Positions 52,900 through 64,000 of a stretch of 64,000 bases of DNA are shown one piece after another. Origin of the DNA: Paraspadella gotoi (taxonomy: Eukaryota; Animalia; Chaetognatha); the NCBI GenBank assembly GCA_051294375.1, contig CM119266.1:8518606-8582605 (forward strand), read 5' to 3'. Below the pieces are notes generated by a model. That model did no database searches and was not told where the DNA came from. It saw nothing but the letters and a program-made list of their open reading frames with translations. Each line of letters starts with the position of its first letter. Positions within the stretch are counted from its first letter, which is position 1. The position numbers were made by a program, and so were the translations under genes.

Positions 52900-54683
52900 T
52901 CATCTCCCGATTCTCGTTCTCTTCCCCTCCTGCTCTCCCTTTGGCGAGGATCCGGGCGGCAAAGTCGCGTGAGTTTCTCTCAAAAGTTGAAAGTAAGAAT
53001 AAACCCAAGAGCGGGAGATTTCCTTTCGCCAGTCGAGGCCGCGCGCCTGGCGGGAGTTGAGTGAACGAATAAAAAACCCAAAAAAAAACAAAAGGTCAAT
53101 TCATGAATTTGATGGGGAGTTGGTCCTTTAATTGAAGCTTTGATATTTTATATTTTACTGTCTCCGTTGCAAATTTTACAAATTCTTTTAAAATGGCATT
53201 CGATGAGTGTCCATATCCCAGTAACACCTAAAGCTTAAATTTAACACCTAAATTTACTATTGCAATCACAATCTACCTTTAACAGAAACTCTTGCCATTT
53301 TGATTCTCTTAATTGCCATCTCACCCTACCTCCAACTGGTACTGTTGCCATTTCATCCTGCGGGCGTCGTCCATTTTGATGGCGGCCTCGAGTCGGCGCT
53401 TGGCCTCCTCCTCTTCCAGGGTTTGTCTGAAGGGAATCGCATTCTTATGTACGAAGTTTAACGAAAAAAAATTTTTTTACATGCTTTAGTAAATTATTAA
53501 AAAATCTATACTGGGTTTTTAAAATACTTACTATTAGCAAAAGTTCATGAAATATTATCTTTAAATGTCGTTGGATACAGTTAAAAAACGTCAACTTAGA
53601 CTAACTAATGTTAATATAATTTAACATTTCGAAAGGAAGTCCTCTACCTGACCCGCTCCTCCAATTCCTCTTCTCTCGCTCTCCTCAATCGCTCCTGTTC
53701 TTCTCTCCTTCGCTCCTCTTCCGCGATTCTCGCTCGCTCCTCGATCGCCAACCTTTTTTGCTCCTCTTCCTCCTCTCGTTGACGGGCGGCGAGTTCTGTT
53801 CGGGAGGGGGGGGAGGGAGAAAAGGAGAAAGAGAGGGAGAGAGAAAGAGAGTGAGAGAGAGAATTTGGATTAATTTCCCAAAGCACCCCATTCCATCTTA
53901 AATTCGATATTAAATTTTATTTTTTACTTTTAAAGATTAGGTTAAAGGGTAAAATATTACTTTTGCTGACCGGAATTTTTACATCTTTTAAAAAAATATT
54001 ATTATTACTTAATTAACCTAACCCTAAACCTTTTTAACTGTAACTACCCCTAACCCTAAACCACCCTTAAATTACCCTTAACCCTAAACCTGCCCTTACC
54101 CTAGGTTATGTTTAGAATTAATATAAGGATTAAGTTAATGAGTCAGAGATTAGGGTAGGAGATTATGAGTTTAGGGCTAGTGATTAGGGTTAAAAATTAG
54201 GGTTTGGGTTAAGGTTAATAAAAATATCATGGTTAAGGATTAGGGTTATCGATTATAAACAGATTTTGAAACAGATTACGTTCAGGAATTAAAGAACAGA
54301 AATGGAGCGCTTTAGGAAAAGAGAGCCAAAAATTAAAAAAAAATATCTTAAAAATAAAACCAATAAAGTACAATGCAAAACAAAATCACAACGGCCCCCC
54401 TTACCCAAATTTGACTCACCTTGAAAGACCCTTACCTCGAAAAAACCTTAAACTCACCCTCGGCTTCGACGTCCCTCAACGCCTTCTCTCTCTCCAGCGC
54501 CGACAATCGCTTCTGGTATTCCTCTTCTTCTTCTTCCCTCTTCCTTTGCTCTTCCTCCTCTTTCCTCCTCCTCTCCTCCTCCTCCTCTTTATTTCTCTCT
54601 TCCTCTTCCCTTCTTCTCATGGCGTCTTCCTCGACTTCCGCCTGAAAGATTATAATTATTATTATTATTATTATTATAATTAT

Positions 54684-54714
<31 letters not shown>

Positions 54715-57700
54715 ATTATTATTATTATTAATATATTTATTAAACCGATCCTCACCTCTTTTCTTCTCTCCTCTTCTTCTCTTTTCCTCCTTTCCTCTTC
54801 TTCCTTTAATCTCCTCTTTCTCTCTCGCTCTTCCTCGGCTTCTCTCTTTTTTTCCTTAAGAATAAAAATTGTTAATAATTAAAATTAAACAAAAACTAGT
54901 TTAAAGTTGTTCATGATACTTGAAAGTTATGGCCGGAAACAAAATTACATGACAATTATTTAATCAGTAAGTAGGATAAGCTTTTAAGAGTGAAATTTGT
55001 TTTAGAAGCTATATGCATTTTAACTTAGTTAAAAACACAAGTTAAAAACTTATTTTTAAAATAAAAAGATCGTGAAACATTTTAGTTTTCAAATGAAAAT
55101 CGTACAACGTTAGTTAATCGTATTTTGATATTGATAAATATAATTAAAATGAGGTACAAAATGACGGAAGCCAGGCTGTGCAATGTGCATATCTTTTGTG
55201 GAAGAAAATATACTGTGCGCGCACAGTTGACTTACGATTTCTCTCTCGATTCTTTTCTCTCTCACTTCGTTTCTTCTTTTCTCAGCCAAAGTTTTTCGCG
55301 CCAAATTTCTAGCGTCAATGACGTCATTCGTGACGTCACGACCACCACTTAGGTCACTGGCGGCGGAGAGATCTTCGCTACCGACAGATGTCTCTTTACT
55401 GACAGATGCCGCTTTACTGACAATTGTCTCTTGGCTGACAGATGACTTTTCACTGATAGAACCTTTGATAATATCATAGTCACGCGATGAAGAGTTCGTG
55501 AGTTTCTTCGATTTGACCTCAACCAGATTTCGACGCCTCTTGGTAACTACATCAACTGCATCTCTATCTCCATCAACTGCATCTCCCTCTCCATCATTTT
55601 CGTCGTCGAATCTCAATTCAACATCTGCCGCATCTAATACGTTAGCATCTCCCTCTAAACTTTTCCCATCTGCCGTAGTAATTGCAGCAGCATCTGTTGC
55701 TTCGTGTGCTGCAGAAAAATCATCATCATTCCGATCATAAGGAGCCAATCTTTGTGTCTAGAGAGTGAGAGAGAGAGAGTAATTTCATTTTAATCTTTCG
55801 TTTAATATTAATAATTCCGTCTCAATTTCAACCTCAATTCCTGAATCCTCGAATTTCGAATCCGAATCTCGATGTTCGTTTGTTTCTCGAGTCTTTTGCG
55901 ATTCGCAGCGACATTTCATAAGCAGCGGAAAATAACGGAAAAAGAGGAGAAACGAACAACGCGGGTCAAAAGTTTGTTTCATTGGTTTAATTGGTTCAGT
56001 TGCTCATGTGCAAAAATGATATGATACAATGATAATAAATATTTCCACCCTTCTTGCTAATAGTACGTGAAACGATAGATTAATTCAAAGTTAAATATAT
56101 TTCCACCCTACTTGCTAATAGTACGTGAAACGATAGATTAATTCAAAGTTAAACCCGAATCTAAAATATTTTATAAGCATTTTTTTTTACAATTTTTGAC
56201 ACAACTTACCAAACGTCTTTCCTTCGCCAAAGCTTTCTTCGCAGCTTAAACGAAAAACCAATAAAATTATATAAATATTCAGATAATAAAATATAAAAAA
56301 CAAAGTATTTATTTTTTATTTTTTATTTTTTATTTTTTATTTTTTATTTTTTATTTTTTATTTTTTATTTTTTATTTTTTATTTTTTATTTTTTATTTTT
56401 TATACCTTTTTCTTCTTCTTTTTTCTTTTTTTCCTCCGCTTTCTTCTCTCTCATCTCCTTCTTCCTCTCTTCCTCCTTCCTTTTCTTCTCTTCCTCCGCC
56501 TCTTCCTTTTCTCTCCTCCTTCTCTCCCTCTCCTCTTCCTTCTCTTTCCTTCTTTTCTCCGCTTCCTCTTCTTTCCTTCTCTTTTCCTCCTCTTTCCTAT
56601 CTCTCTTCTCTTCGGCCAGTCTTCTCTTTCTTTCTTCCTCTTCCTCTCTTTTTCGATCGATCTCCTCTTGTTTTCTTCTCTCCTCCTCTTCTCTCAGTGT
56701 TTTCTTGTCTTCTTCCCCTTCCTTCTTTTTTCTCTCCTCTTCCTTTCTTTGTTGTTCCTCTTCTTTCTTTCTTCTCTCTTCTTCTTCTCTCTTCTTTTCT
56801 CTCCTCTCCCTGTCTATCCTTTCTTTTTCTATTTTCATTCTCTCTTTCTCTTGCTTCTCTCTCATCATCCTTTCCTCCTCTTTTCTTCTCTTTTCTTGTT
56901 CTCTTCTTTTCTCCTCATCCTCCTCTTCCTTTCTTCGCCTCTCTTCCGACAGACGCCGACGTTCCGCTAAAAACAGAACAATGAATTAACAATTAATTAG
57001 TTATTAATCAATATAAAAACTAAAATTTTTTCTAAAGATTACTAATGCAATGGTACTTTGACGTTAATTTCTTTGCAAAAATTAAATTCAGCAACGGCGA
57101 TACATTTATACATTTATACATTTAAACGTTAAGACTATGTTATTTTTTTAGCCAAAGCGCGTGGTGTTAGTACAAATAGTACAAATAGTTATTTTTTAGA
57201 CGACGTGGTACGTCTTTACATATTTAACTTTATCAAAAAATGAAAATAATTTTATAACAGCTGAATTCACTGGGGATTAAACAAAACACCCAACTGGTAT
57301 TAAATTTAGTACTCAAAATAAAGAATTAACGAAAACAAACAAAGAAAAGGAAAAGAGATTTGTATATAAGGATTAATATTTTCTCAGTTATGTAAACGTA
57401 AAACTAAATTAGAGTTTAGAGGATCGGGACAGGAGTTTAAAAAAAAAGAAGAGAAACACGAAATATCAATCTACATATTCACTATTCTACTCCTACTTTA
57501 CATTAAGGCGTAGTGAAAGTTTCAGATCAAAATTCGATAAGTTGTTCATCAACAGTCTTGTACTAAGGAACACTGATATATATTTTTTTTCTAAATTTTC
57601 GCATACGCCCATATTTATACATAATACTTACCATAGAAAATATCAAAATATTAATTTTTTTGTTTTGTTTTGAAAGCAGATTCGAATTCCTCATAAAAAG

Positions 57701-59592
57701 TTGATAAAAGAAAAGTCTTATTCAAAAATTCTTTCATTAAGTTAACTAAAAATTTAAAAAAATATTTTTATATTAAAATTAAATTTTTAGTTAACTATAA
57801 TATTTTTTTTTATTTTGACCCACTTAATGAAATAATTTTCTAAAAAGAGTTATATTTCCTTTTATCAACTTTTCGTGAGAAAAATAAAAAAAAAACATTT
57901 TAAAATTATTACATTTTCTATGGTGAGTAATATATTTAAATATGGGCGTATGCGAAAATTGAATAATATTTTTTGTTAAATGTACAAGCCTGTTCATGAT
58001 CTACTATTCGAATTTTGATTCAACTTGATTTTAATATTTTTTCTACGCTCTACTTTTCATAATACCCTTGAAATAATTTGAACCTATAACTCAAACTAAC
58101 TTTACTATTGATTCCTTTCAGCAATCAATTACAAACCTTCTTTGTCGACCAAACTAACGTCTGGAATTTCGTTGCCAAGCGACGCCATCGCCGACCCCGC
58201 ACGTGGCGTCATTTTGTCGTCGCCGTCCTCAATGTCCTTGGATGCTCTCTGGCTAAAGAAAAAAAACAACAACTCAAAGATGGACTGGCGGGAATGGACT
58301 GGAGGAAATTACCGCTTGCTTGCTGATTGATTGCACGAACCTGCAAGCTCGAAACCGTCGAGCGACCAACGACGATCTATTCGACGTGAGAGACCGAAAC
58401 CGAATCCCAGAGAGAGCGAGACGCCTTAAAAGGAGGAAGGAGGAGGAAGGGGGGGGAATTTGCCTTTTTTCCCAGAACGCCCCATTTAATCTTTAGTTTT
58501 TAAAAGCAATTTTTATTTAATTAAAGATAAGGTTAGAGTTTAGAATAAATGTTTAGGTTAGCGATTAGTTTGATGATTAAGGTCAGGGACTTGGTTAGTG
58601 ATTAGGTTTTTTTGGTTAGGGATTAGGGTTAAGGATTGGTTTATAATTTTAAGAATGTATTAAGTTTAGAATTAAATTCTGGGATAAATGAACAGAAATG
58701 GAGCGCTCTCGGAAAAGAGAGTCAATTTTTAAAATAAGTAAACAACAACTAAAACAACAAAAACGATAACAGGAACAACATCGTCAACAACAACAACAAC
58801 ATCCTTCCCCATCACCTCGAGATCGTCTTGAAAATCTCCTCCTTCTCTCTCTTCGTTTATGACATCTTCCACAACCCGATCCACCTCCTCCTCCATCTCC
58901 TCCACCGCCTCTTCTACCAAAGCCGCGAAATCCACCTGGCGGGGAAAATAGGAATTATTTCTATTTTAATCAGAAGAACAATGAAATGCTCCTTGTGAAG
59001 AAAAGAACAATTAATTCTCTCGTTAAAAGAACAAATATAAAATCCACCTGTTGGAGAAAATAGGAATTATTTCCATTTTAAACAGAAGAACAATGAAATG
59101 CTCCTGGTGAAGAAAAGAAGAATTAATTGTCTCATTAAGAGAACATATATGAAACCCACCTGGCGAGGAGAAGAGGAATTAATTCTATTTTAAATAGAAG
59201 AACAATGAAATGCTCCTGAGAAGAAAAGAACAATTAATTGTCTTGTTAACAATTGAACAAAGAAACCCACCATGTGGAAAAAAACAACAATTAATCTTTT
59301 TTTTTTTACAAAAAAAATCAACCTGATGGGAAATAAAGAAATTGATTCTATGGTAAACCTAAGGACAATAAAATCCAGCAGACGGGGAAAAGAGGAGTCT
59401 ATATCTGGCGCAAAAAATAGGAATTAATTAACTCGTCCACAAAAGAATTCTATCGGAAGAGGCTTCGATAGTACATAATAGAAACATTGATAGTTATCCC
59501 GATAACGATATCTCTCCACTCACTTCCATTTTGTCCTCGTCTTCGTCCTCATCAACTGGGGCCGTCTTCCACAATCGAGTCGGGACTTTCTC
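52900..59592 (-). CDS. E/K/R-rich coiled-coil protein, probable KIAA2012/DUF4670-like; 5' end not resolved
   Basis: Phase-consistent exons 56966-56406, 56244-56210, 55757-55236, 54854-54756, 54641-54458, 53795-53648, 53426-53330, 53046-52900. Further likely exons at ~58137-58340, ~58812-58934 and ~59524-59592. The last exon encodes ARGLDWRKEISRSWVYSYFQLL, which I recall resembling the KIAA2012 C-terminal SRPWVYSYFQ motif. Confidence 0.7.
53875..54320. mobile_element. MITE with inverted, telomere-like TAACCC/TTAGGG internal arrays
   Basis: TIRs tttcccaaagcaccccatt / aatggagcgctttaggaaaa; CCCTAA-rich left half and TTAGGG-rich right half. Confidence 0.6.
57490..58060. mobile_element. Long palindromic (foldback) MITE; related copy at ~62200-62690
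   Basis: aattttcgcatacgcccat (~57594) pairs with atgggcgtatgcgaaaatt (~57942); tcaaaattcga pairs with tcgaattttga; centre ~57775. Confidence 0.7.
58466..58715. mobile_element. MITE of the same TIR family as 53875
   Basis: ttttcccagaacgccccattt ... aaatggagcgctctcggaaaa, with internal TTAGGG-like repeats. Confidence 0.6.
58930..59300 (-). repeat. ~113-bp tandem repeat containing a splice acceptor
   Basis: Units start near 58931, 59043, 59156 and 59266 (ccacctg...gaattatt...gaagaacaatgaaatgctcct). Confidence 0.8.
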
Positions 59593-60894
59593 TGAAAATT
59601 AGATACATGAATTAAAAGATTTTTAATTATTAAGAAAAATTATTTAATTAAATGTAAGTCACGTTAGGTTATTGTGTTAAAACTAAAAAAAGTCATCGTG
59701 GAAACTAACGTCAAAGTTATTTATTACTAATACTATTAGTATTTGCTTTTGTTATTTGTGATTCCACGTCGACCAAAGACGAAGACTACGACCGCACTGA
59801 TCACAGTGACAAGAACAAGAACGCCCACAACGACGGTGGCTCGGTGAAAGTTAGAGATTTTAGTAGTTCGAAGTTAGTAGTGAAACCTGCGTAAGCAAAC
59901 TCTGTTTCTAGGCTGCAGAATTAGTAGAATCAACAGTTAAACTTTTCACTGAAGAGTGGAGAGCCCTTTGGACCTATTGTCAATTGATTCGGGCCTTTTG
60001 ACCACCTGACGTCTGATCCGGGGCGTGGCCGCCGTGACCCGACCCCTTTGACTTTATGACCCCCTGACCTCTGATCCGGGGCGTGGCCGCCCTTACTCGA
60101 TCCAGGCGGCCGAACGCCCACTGGTAGAGCAGCGAGTCGGGGGAGATTCTGTCGAGACGCCAACAGCCGCTCAGCCAGTCATACATCATCATGGAGAGAA
60201 GGGGCTTTTTGGGGGTGTTGACGGGAGATTGGGAATAGGGTGGGGAATTGAAGGGGTACATGGAAGGATTAGAGGGTGGAAATAAACAAGAGTAGGAAGG
60301 ATGGCATCAAGTGTGGAATGGAAGAGATGCTTAAAAGGTGAAAAATGGCAAAGAGAACGAGGCATCGGCAGCTTGAGTTAGATAATAAAGTTAAATTAGA
60401 ATAAAGAGCAATGAACTAATTTTAAATAATAATAAACAAATATAAAAGCATAAGGATCGTCGCAATCGCTTAAGAAAAATCTGGATTGACGACAAATTTT
60501 GATACTAAAAAAATTAAATTTGAAAAAAGAAAATTAATTTATAAACAGAAAGAAAAAGAAGAAAAGAATAAATATAAAGAAAGAATAGAAAGGAAAGAAA
60601 GAATAATTTCGTAAATTTCGTAATTTTTTTCAACTTGCACCATTTTTTCAACTTGCACCATTTTTCCAACTTGCAACATTTTTATAAACTTGCGTCATTT
60701 TTTCAACTTAAATCAATTTTTAAATTTAATTTATTAATTAATAAATTAATTAACTAATTAAAACATTTATTAGTAAGCATAAATAATAAAATTTCAAGTC
60801 AACCGGACGGACGGACGGATGGACATCATTTTTTTGAAAAATTTATCAGAGACAGTTTGAGTTAAGTTTTGACAACGATTTTGTTTTAATGTAA

Positions 60895-60924
60895 AACAGA
60901 CATGTTTCGACTTCATCAGCGTTA
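60895..60924 (-). ncRNA. Truncated hammerhead (stem II collapsed), PLE pseudo-LTR remnant
   Basis: Minus strand AACG CTGATGA AGTC GAAAC AT GTC TGTT, followed by the AAAATCGTTG motif also seen after the 29581 and 42390 hammerheads. Confidence 0.55.
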
Positions 60925-60954
60925 ATGTGAATTTGGAAATATTTTTGTGAAAAG

Positions 60955-61200
60955 GAAGGGGATCTCCACCTCAGTGACGACCCGCGGTTCTCTGCGCGAC
61001 CAGCTGGTGAAACCCAACGATAAAATCCCTAGACCGAAAACATCAGGAGCCGTCTATTGGGCGGCCTGTGCAGGCGTGGGCAACCAAGCCTGTACAGCAG
61101 CATACGTGGGCGAGACAGGCAAATCTCTGACGGATCGTTTTCAACAGCACACGAAGCCATATCTTGATGCCCGCGGTCATTGTCCGCTGTAGCCGAGCAT
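60955..61200 (+). mobile_element. Penelope-like GIY-YIG fragment
   Basis: SGAVYWAACAGVGNQACTAAYVGETGKSLTDRFQQH, close to 41110-41360. Confidence 0.9.
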
Positions 61201-61512
61201 ACGTAAATACTGGCCATGTATTTAGATGGGGCATCTCACTGTTAACCCCCAGTGACGTTAGGCGGTGTGAATATACCGACACAGGGCAAAGTAAGACGCC
61301 GATATCGAATCCACGACCGTCGAGCCCATTTTCTTCCACACACTGCCTCGATCGTCAATAGGTTATTAAACGTAAATAAAGTAGTAAAGAATTAACGATT
61401 AGGCATTCTCTATACTGGGAAAATATTTTCTAGATTTTTTTTTTTTTAATTTTTTTTATTTTTTTATTTTTTTATTTTTTTTTTTTTTTTGTCGTTTTGA
61501 AAAGAAAAAAAA

Positions 61513-61561
61513 ATGAAGTTTCTACTTGGGATTTTGTTGTTGTCGCCCTTCCTCTTCAGAG
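61513..61561 (+). CDS. Possible first exon encoding a signal peptide
   Basis: aaaATG MKFLLGILLLSPFLFR followed by a phase-1 donor G/GTGAGA; no downstream exon confirmed. Confidence 0.35.
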
Positions 61562-63281
61562 GTGAGAATTAATGAAAGGCCGATACCGTCACTATTTTCC
61601 GAGAGTGCACAGTGATCGAAATGAGGTTTTTCTCGGAAAAACTATGCCGATAGTGCAATTAGTTGGTTTTTAATAGGTTGTTATTATCTTGTAAGTAGTT
61701 ATATTTAAAAAACTTTATTCGTTACCTTATAAAATGGTAAATATGTTTGTATGACTTTTTAAATTTGGTAAAAGAGAAAATAATTCTATCATGGTTTTCC
61801 TAGATCGTTTCCTAAATTTTTTTAGTAAAAACAGTAAAAAACAATTCTAAACACTAAATTTCGTATGGAATTAATCAAGTATCTAATTTTTTTTAGTTTC
61901 CATCACAGCTTTCCAGTTTTAATATTGTTTTAAATTTCCTTCCACAAAAATTTTTTATGGCCCTATAAATTAGGAAATTAAAAATTTCTTTTAAAAGAAT
62001 ATTGTACAAAATAAATTAGTTGTATCGAATTTTTGTAAAAAAAATTATTTCAAAAATGATTTGGTTATATTTATAACTAACCATTAGAGTGATGTGAAAA
62101 TGATAAAATTTTAAAAAATTAAAATTTAGCATATAAAACATGAACATAAAAACCAATAAAAATATTTTAATAAATTTATTTTTTAATTTTATACATTAAT
62201 GGGCACCAGTGAGCTATATTTATATATAGTAATAAGTATATAATAGGCTAAAATTTCAAAATACAAATTTTTAAATTTTAAGATCGAATTTGGATTCCTT
62301 GCAAAAAGTTATAAGAAAGTACAATTCTTTTTTAAAAATTCTTTCATTAAGTTAGTCAAAAATGTAAAAAACTATATTTAAGACGCCAATTTTAAATTTC
62401 CAGCTTAAAAATATAGTTTTTTATAATTTTAACCTAATGACATCATTTTTGAAAAAGATTTATACTTTTTTTTATTAACTTTTAACGAGAAATCTGAATC
62501 TGTTCTCAGAATTAAAAAAAACTATTTTGAAATTTTGACATTATATAAGGGTAGTACTATATACAAAATAAGCTGACTGGGCTACTATATTTATAAAAAA
62601 AGAAAAATAATTAAAGATTAGTATTCACTAATATAATAGTTTTCAAGATATAACTGCTAAATTTTGATTCCAAACTTTCACTTCACCCTACTAACCATGC
62701 CGGACACGGCGGACAAAAAATCAAATATGGTAGCTTCCTGATATGATAAATTATTCAATGCAGTGGAAATGGCCGTGCTTCTGCGTGCTTCCATATAGAC
62801 TTTAGGCTAGTATTTGAAAACTTATATACAGTAATATACTGTTCAAACAATTTATAATTCAGTCCATGCAAACTATCCAGTTATTGACAGCTAGTAAAAA
62901 AAAAGTTTGTCGTTAAAATATCTACAAATAACAAAACAAAATGAGCTCCAAAAAAAGAAAAGCCTTATATCTCCGATATGAATAATTTTTATAACCTGAT
63001 ATCATAAGACAGTGTTCTTCTGATACACCTGGATGGATTAAACAAAAAATTATTAACAAATGATGTAACACCCTTTTTCCGAGTAAAAAAATATTTCGAT
63101 GACTTGAGTGCCCCTATTCTATTCCCAATCCTTTAACTTAATTTTAACTCAAATATTTAACCTTAATCATAATATTTTATAAAATACTTGGCCTAATCCT
63201 AAAGCTTAACCAAAAGTAATAACTTTGATCTAATTCCAGATCAAAATCTCTTAACCTTATCTCCTAGATATCCATTCTATT

Positions 63282-63514
63282 GAAGAGACAGTTATTATTA
63301 TTATGTGTTAGTGACAAAACCGTTCAATATAAGCAGTCCCTGAGCTTCGGATCAGGCTGTAACACCATGTTACAGGCGGGTTAAGCACCCCGTCCCTCTT
63401 AACTGCTAGGCGACCACCGAGCTAGAACCCCGGACCTTTGGGTTGGGAGGCGAATCACTTGCCTCCGGCACCAATGGCCGCTGATGAACGGTTAGTGGAT
63501 TTTAGTCCACCATA
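63282..63514 (-). mobile_element. Family A tRNA-twister element, most complete copy
   Basis: Head GGCCATT...GGTGGTC can form a 7-bp acceptor-like stem, with a CTCCCAA loop (Gly-CCC-like) and B-box-like GGTTCTAGCTC; followed by the twister and an (AAT)n tail. Confidence 0.8.
63333..63406 (-). ncRNA. Twister ribozyme, type P5 (family A)
   Basis: GCAGTT AA GAGG GA CGG GGTGCT TAA CCC GC CTGTAACAT-G-GTGTTACAG CCTGA TCCGAAGC TCAGG GACTGC. Confidence 0.85.
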
Positions 63515-64000
63515 CAATATTGATTTCATATAATTTGTAAGAGATTCCTTGTAGCGTTTTTCTGTTTCAGATGAGAACATTGTTTGAGCAGTGCTTAATC
63601 TCGACTTAATATGAACTCAATCCAGATACCAAAAGATAAAAGTAGATTAGAAACTTTATTAAGTATTCAATATCAAATAATCATTGAGAGACGAGCAGCA
63701 GCATGATAATGATAAGTGGCAGAGCCAAGATGCAGCAGCTCAAAGTTACATAAAAACTTAAAATTAATTAACATATTCAAATAATTTTATAAACATCATT
63801 TAATACCTGATGGTCTCAGAAGAATCTACCNNNNNNNNNNGTGAAGCAATGGCCTTGCATTCACTCTTTCCGACTATAAAATACAATCAAAACATCTACT
63901 AGTTATCATTAACCAATGAGAGACCAGGTATTCAAATTCAAAGTATAAAATTCAACCAATAAGAGGCTTGAAACAGAATTATTGGGGTCACTAAATAAAA

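Noticed and set aside
54010-54250. Interstitial telomere or chromosome fusion site
   Set aside because: Repeats are degenerate and enclosed by MITE TIRs that recur elsewhere in the window.

Overview
AT-rich, microsatellite-laden eukaryotic genomic DNA, most likely from an invertebrate animal, with assembly gaps and indel-type errors. It contains: (1) a minus-strand multi-exon gene for a single-pass membrane protein with a long low-complexity tail (1-12288); (2) a plus-strand NHL-repeat beta-propeller gene (22335-38731); (3) two tandem, very AT-rich XK-related multi-pass membrane genes (43644-46052, 48556-50974); (4) a minus-strand E/K/R-rich coiled-coil gene ending in a KIAA2012/DUF4670-like SRxWVYSYF motif (52900-59592). 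Repeats include decayed Penelope-like retroelements (RT + GIY-YIG) with minimal type I hammerhead ribozymes, a LINE fragment, MITEs, Helentron-like repeats and satellites. The main discovery is a set of short dispersed elements made of a tRNA-like Pol III head followed by a circularly permuted (type P5), nearly P1-less twister ribozyme. There are five ribozyme copies in three sequence-divergent families with covarying pseudoknots, plus one copy that has lost the ribozyme core. The NHL gene also shows a UGA-CUA stop-readthrough candidate with a 103-codon in-frame extension and an apparent GG 5' splice site. All structures were assigned by eye; none is experimentally or computationally confirmed.
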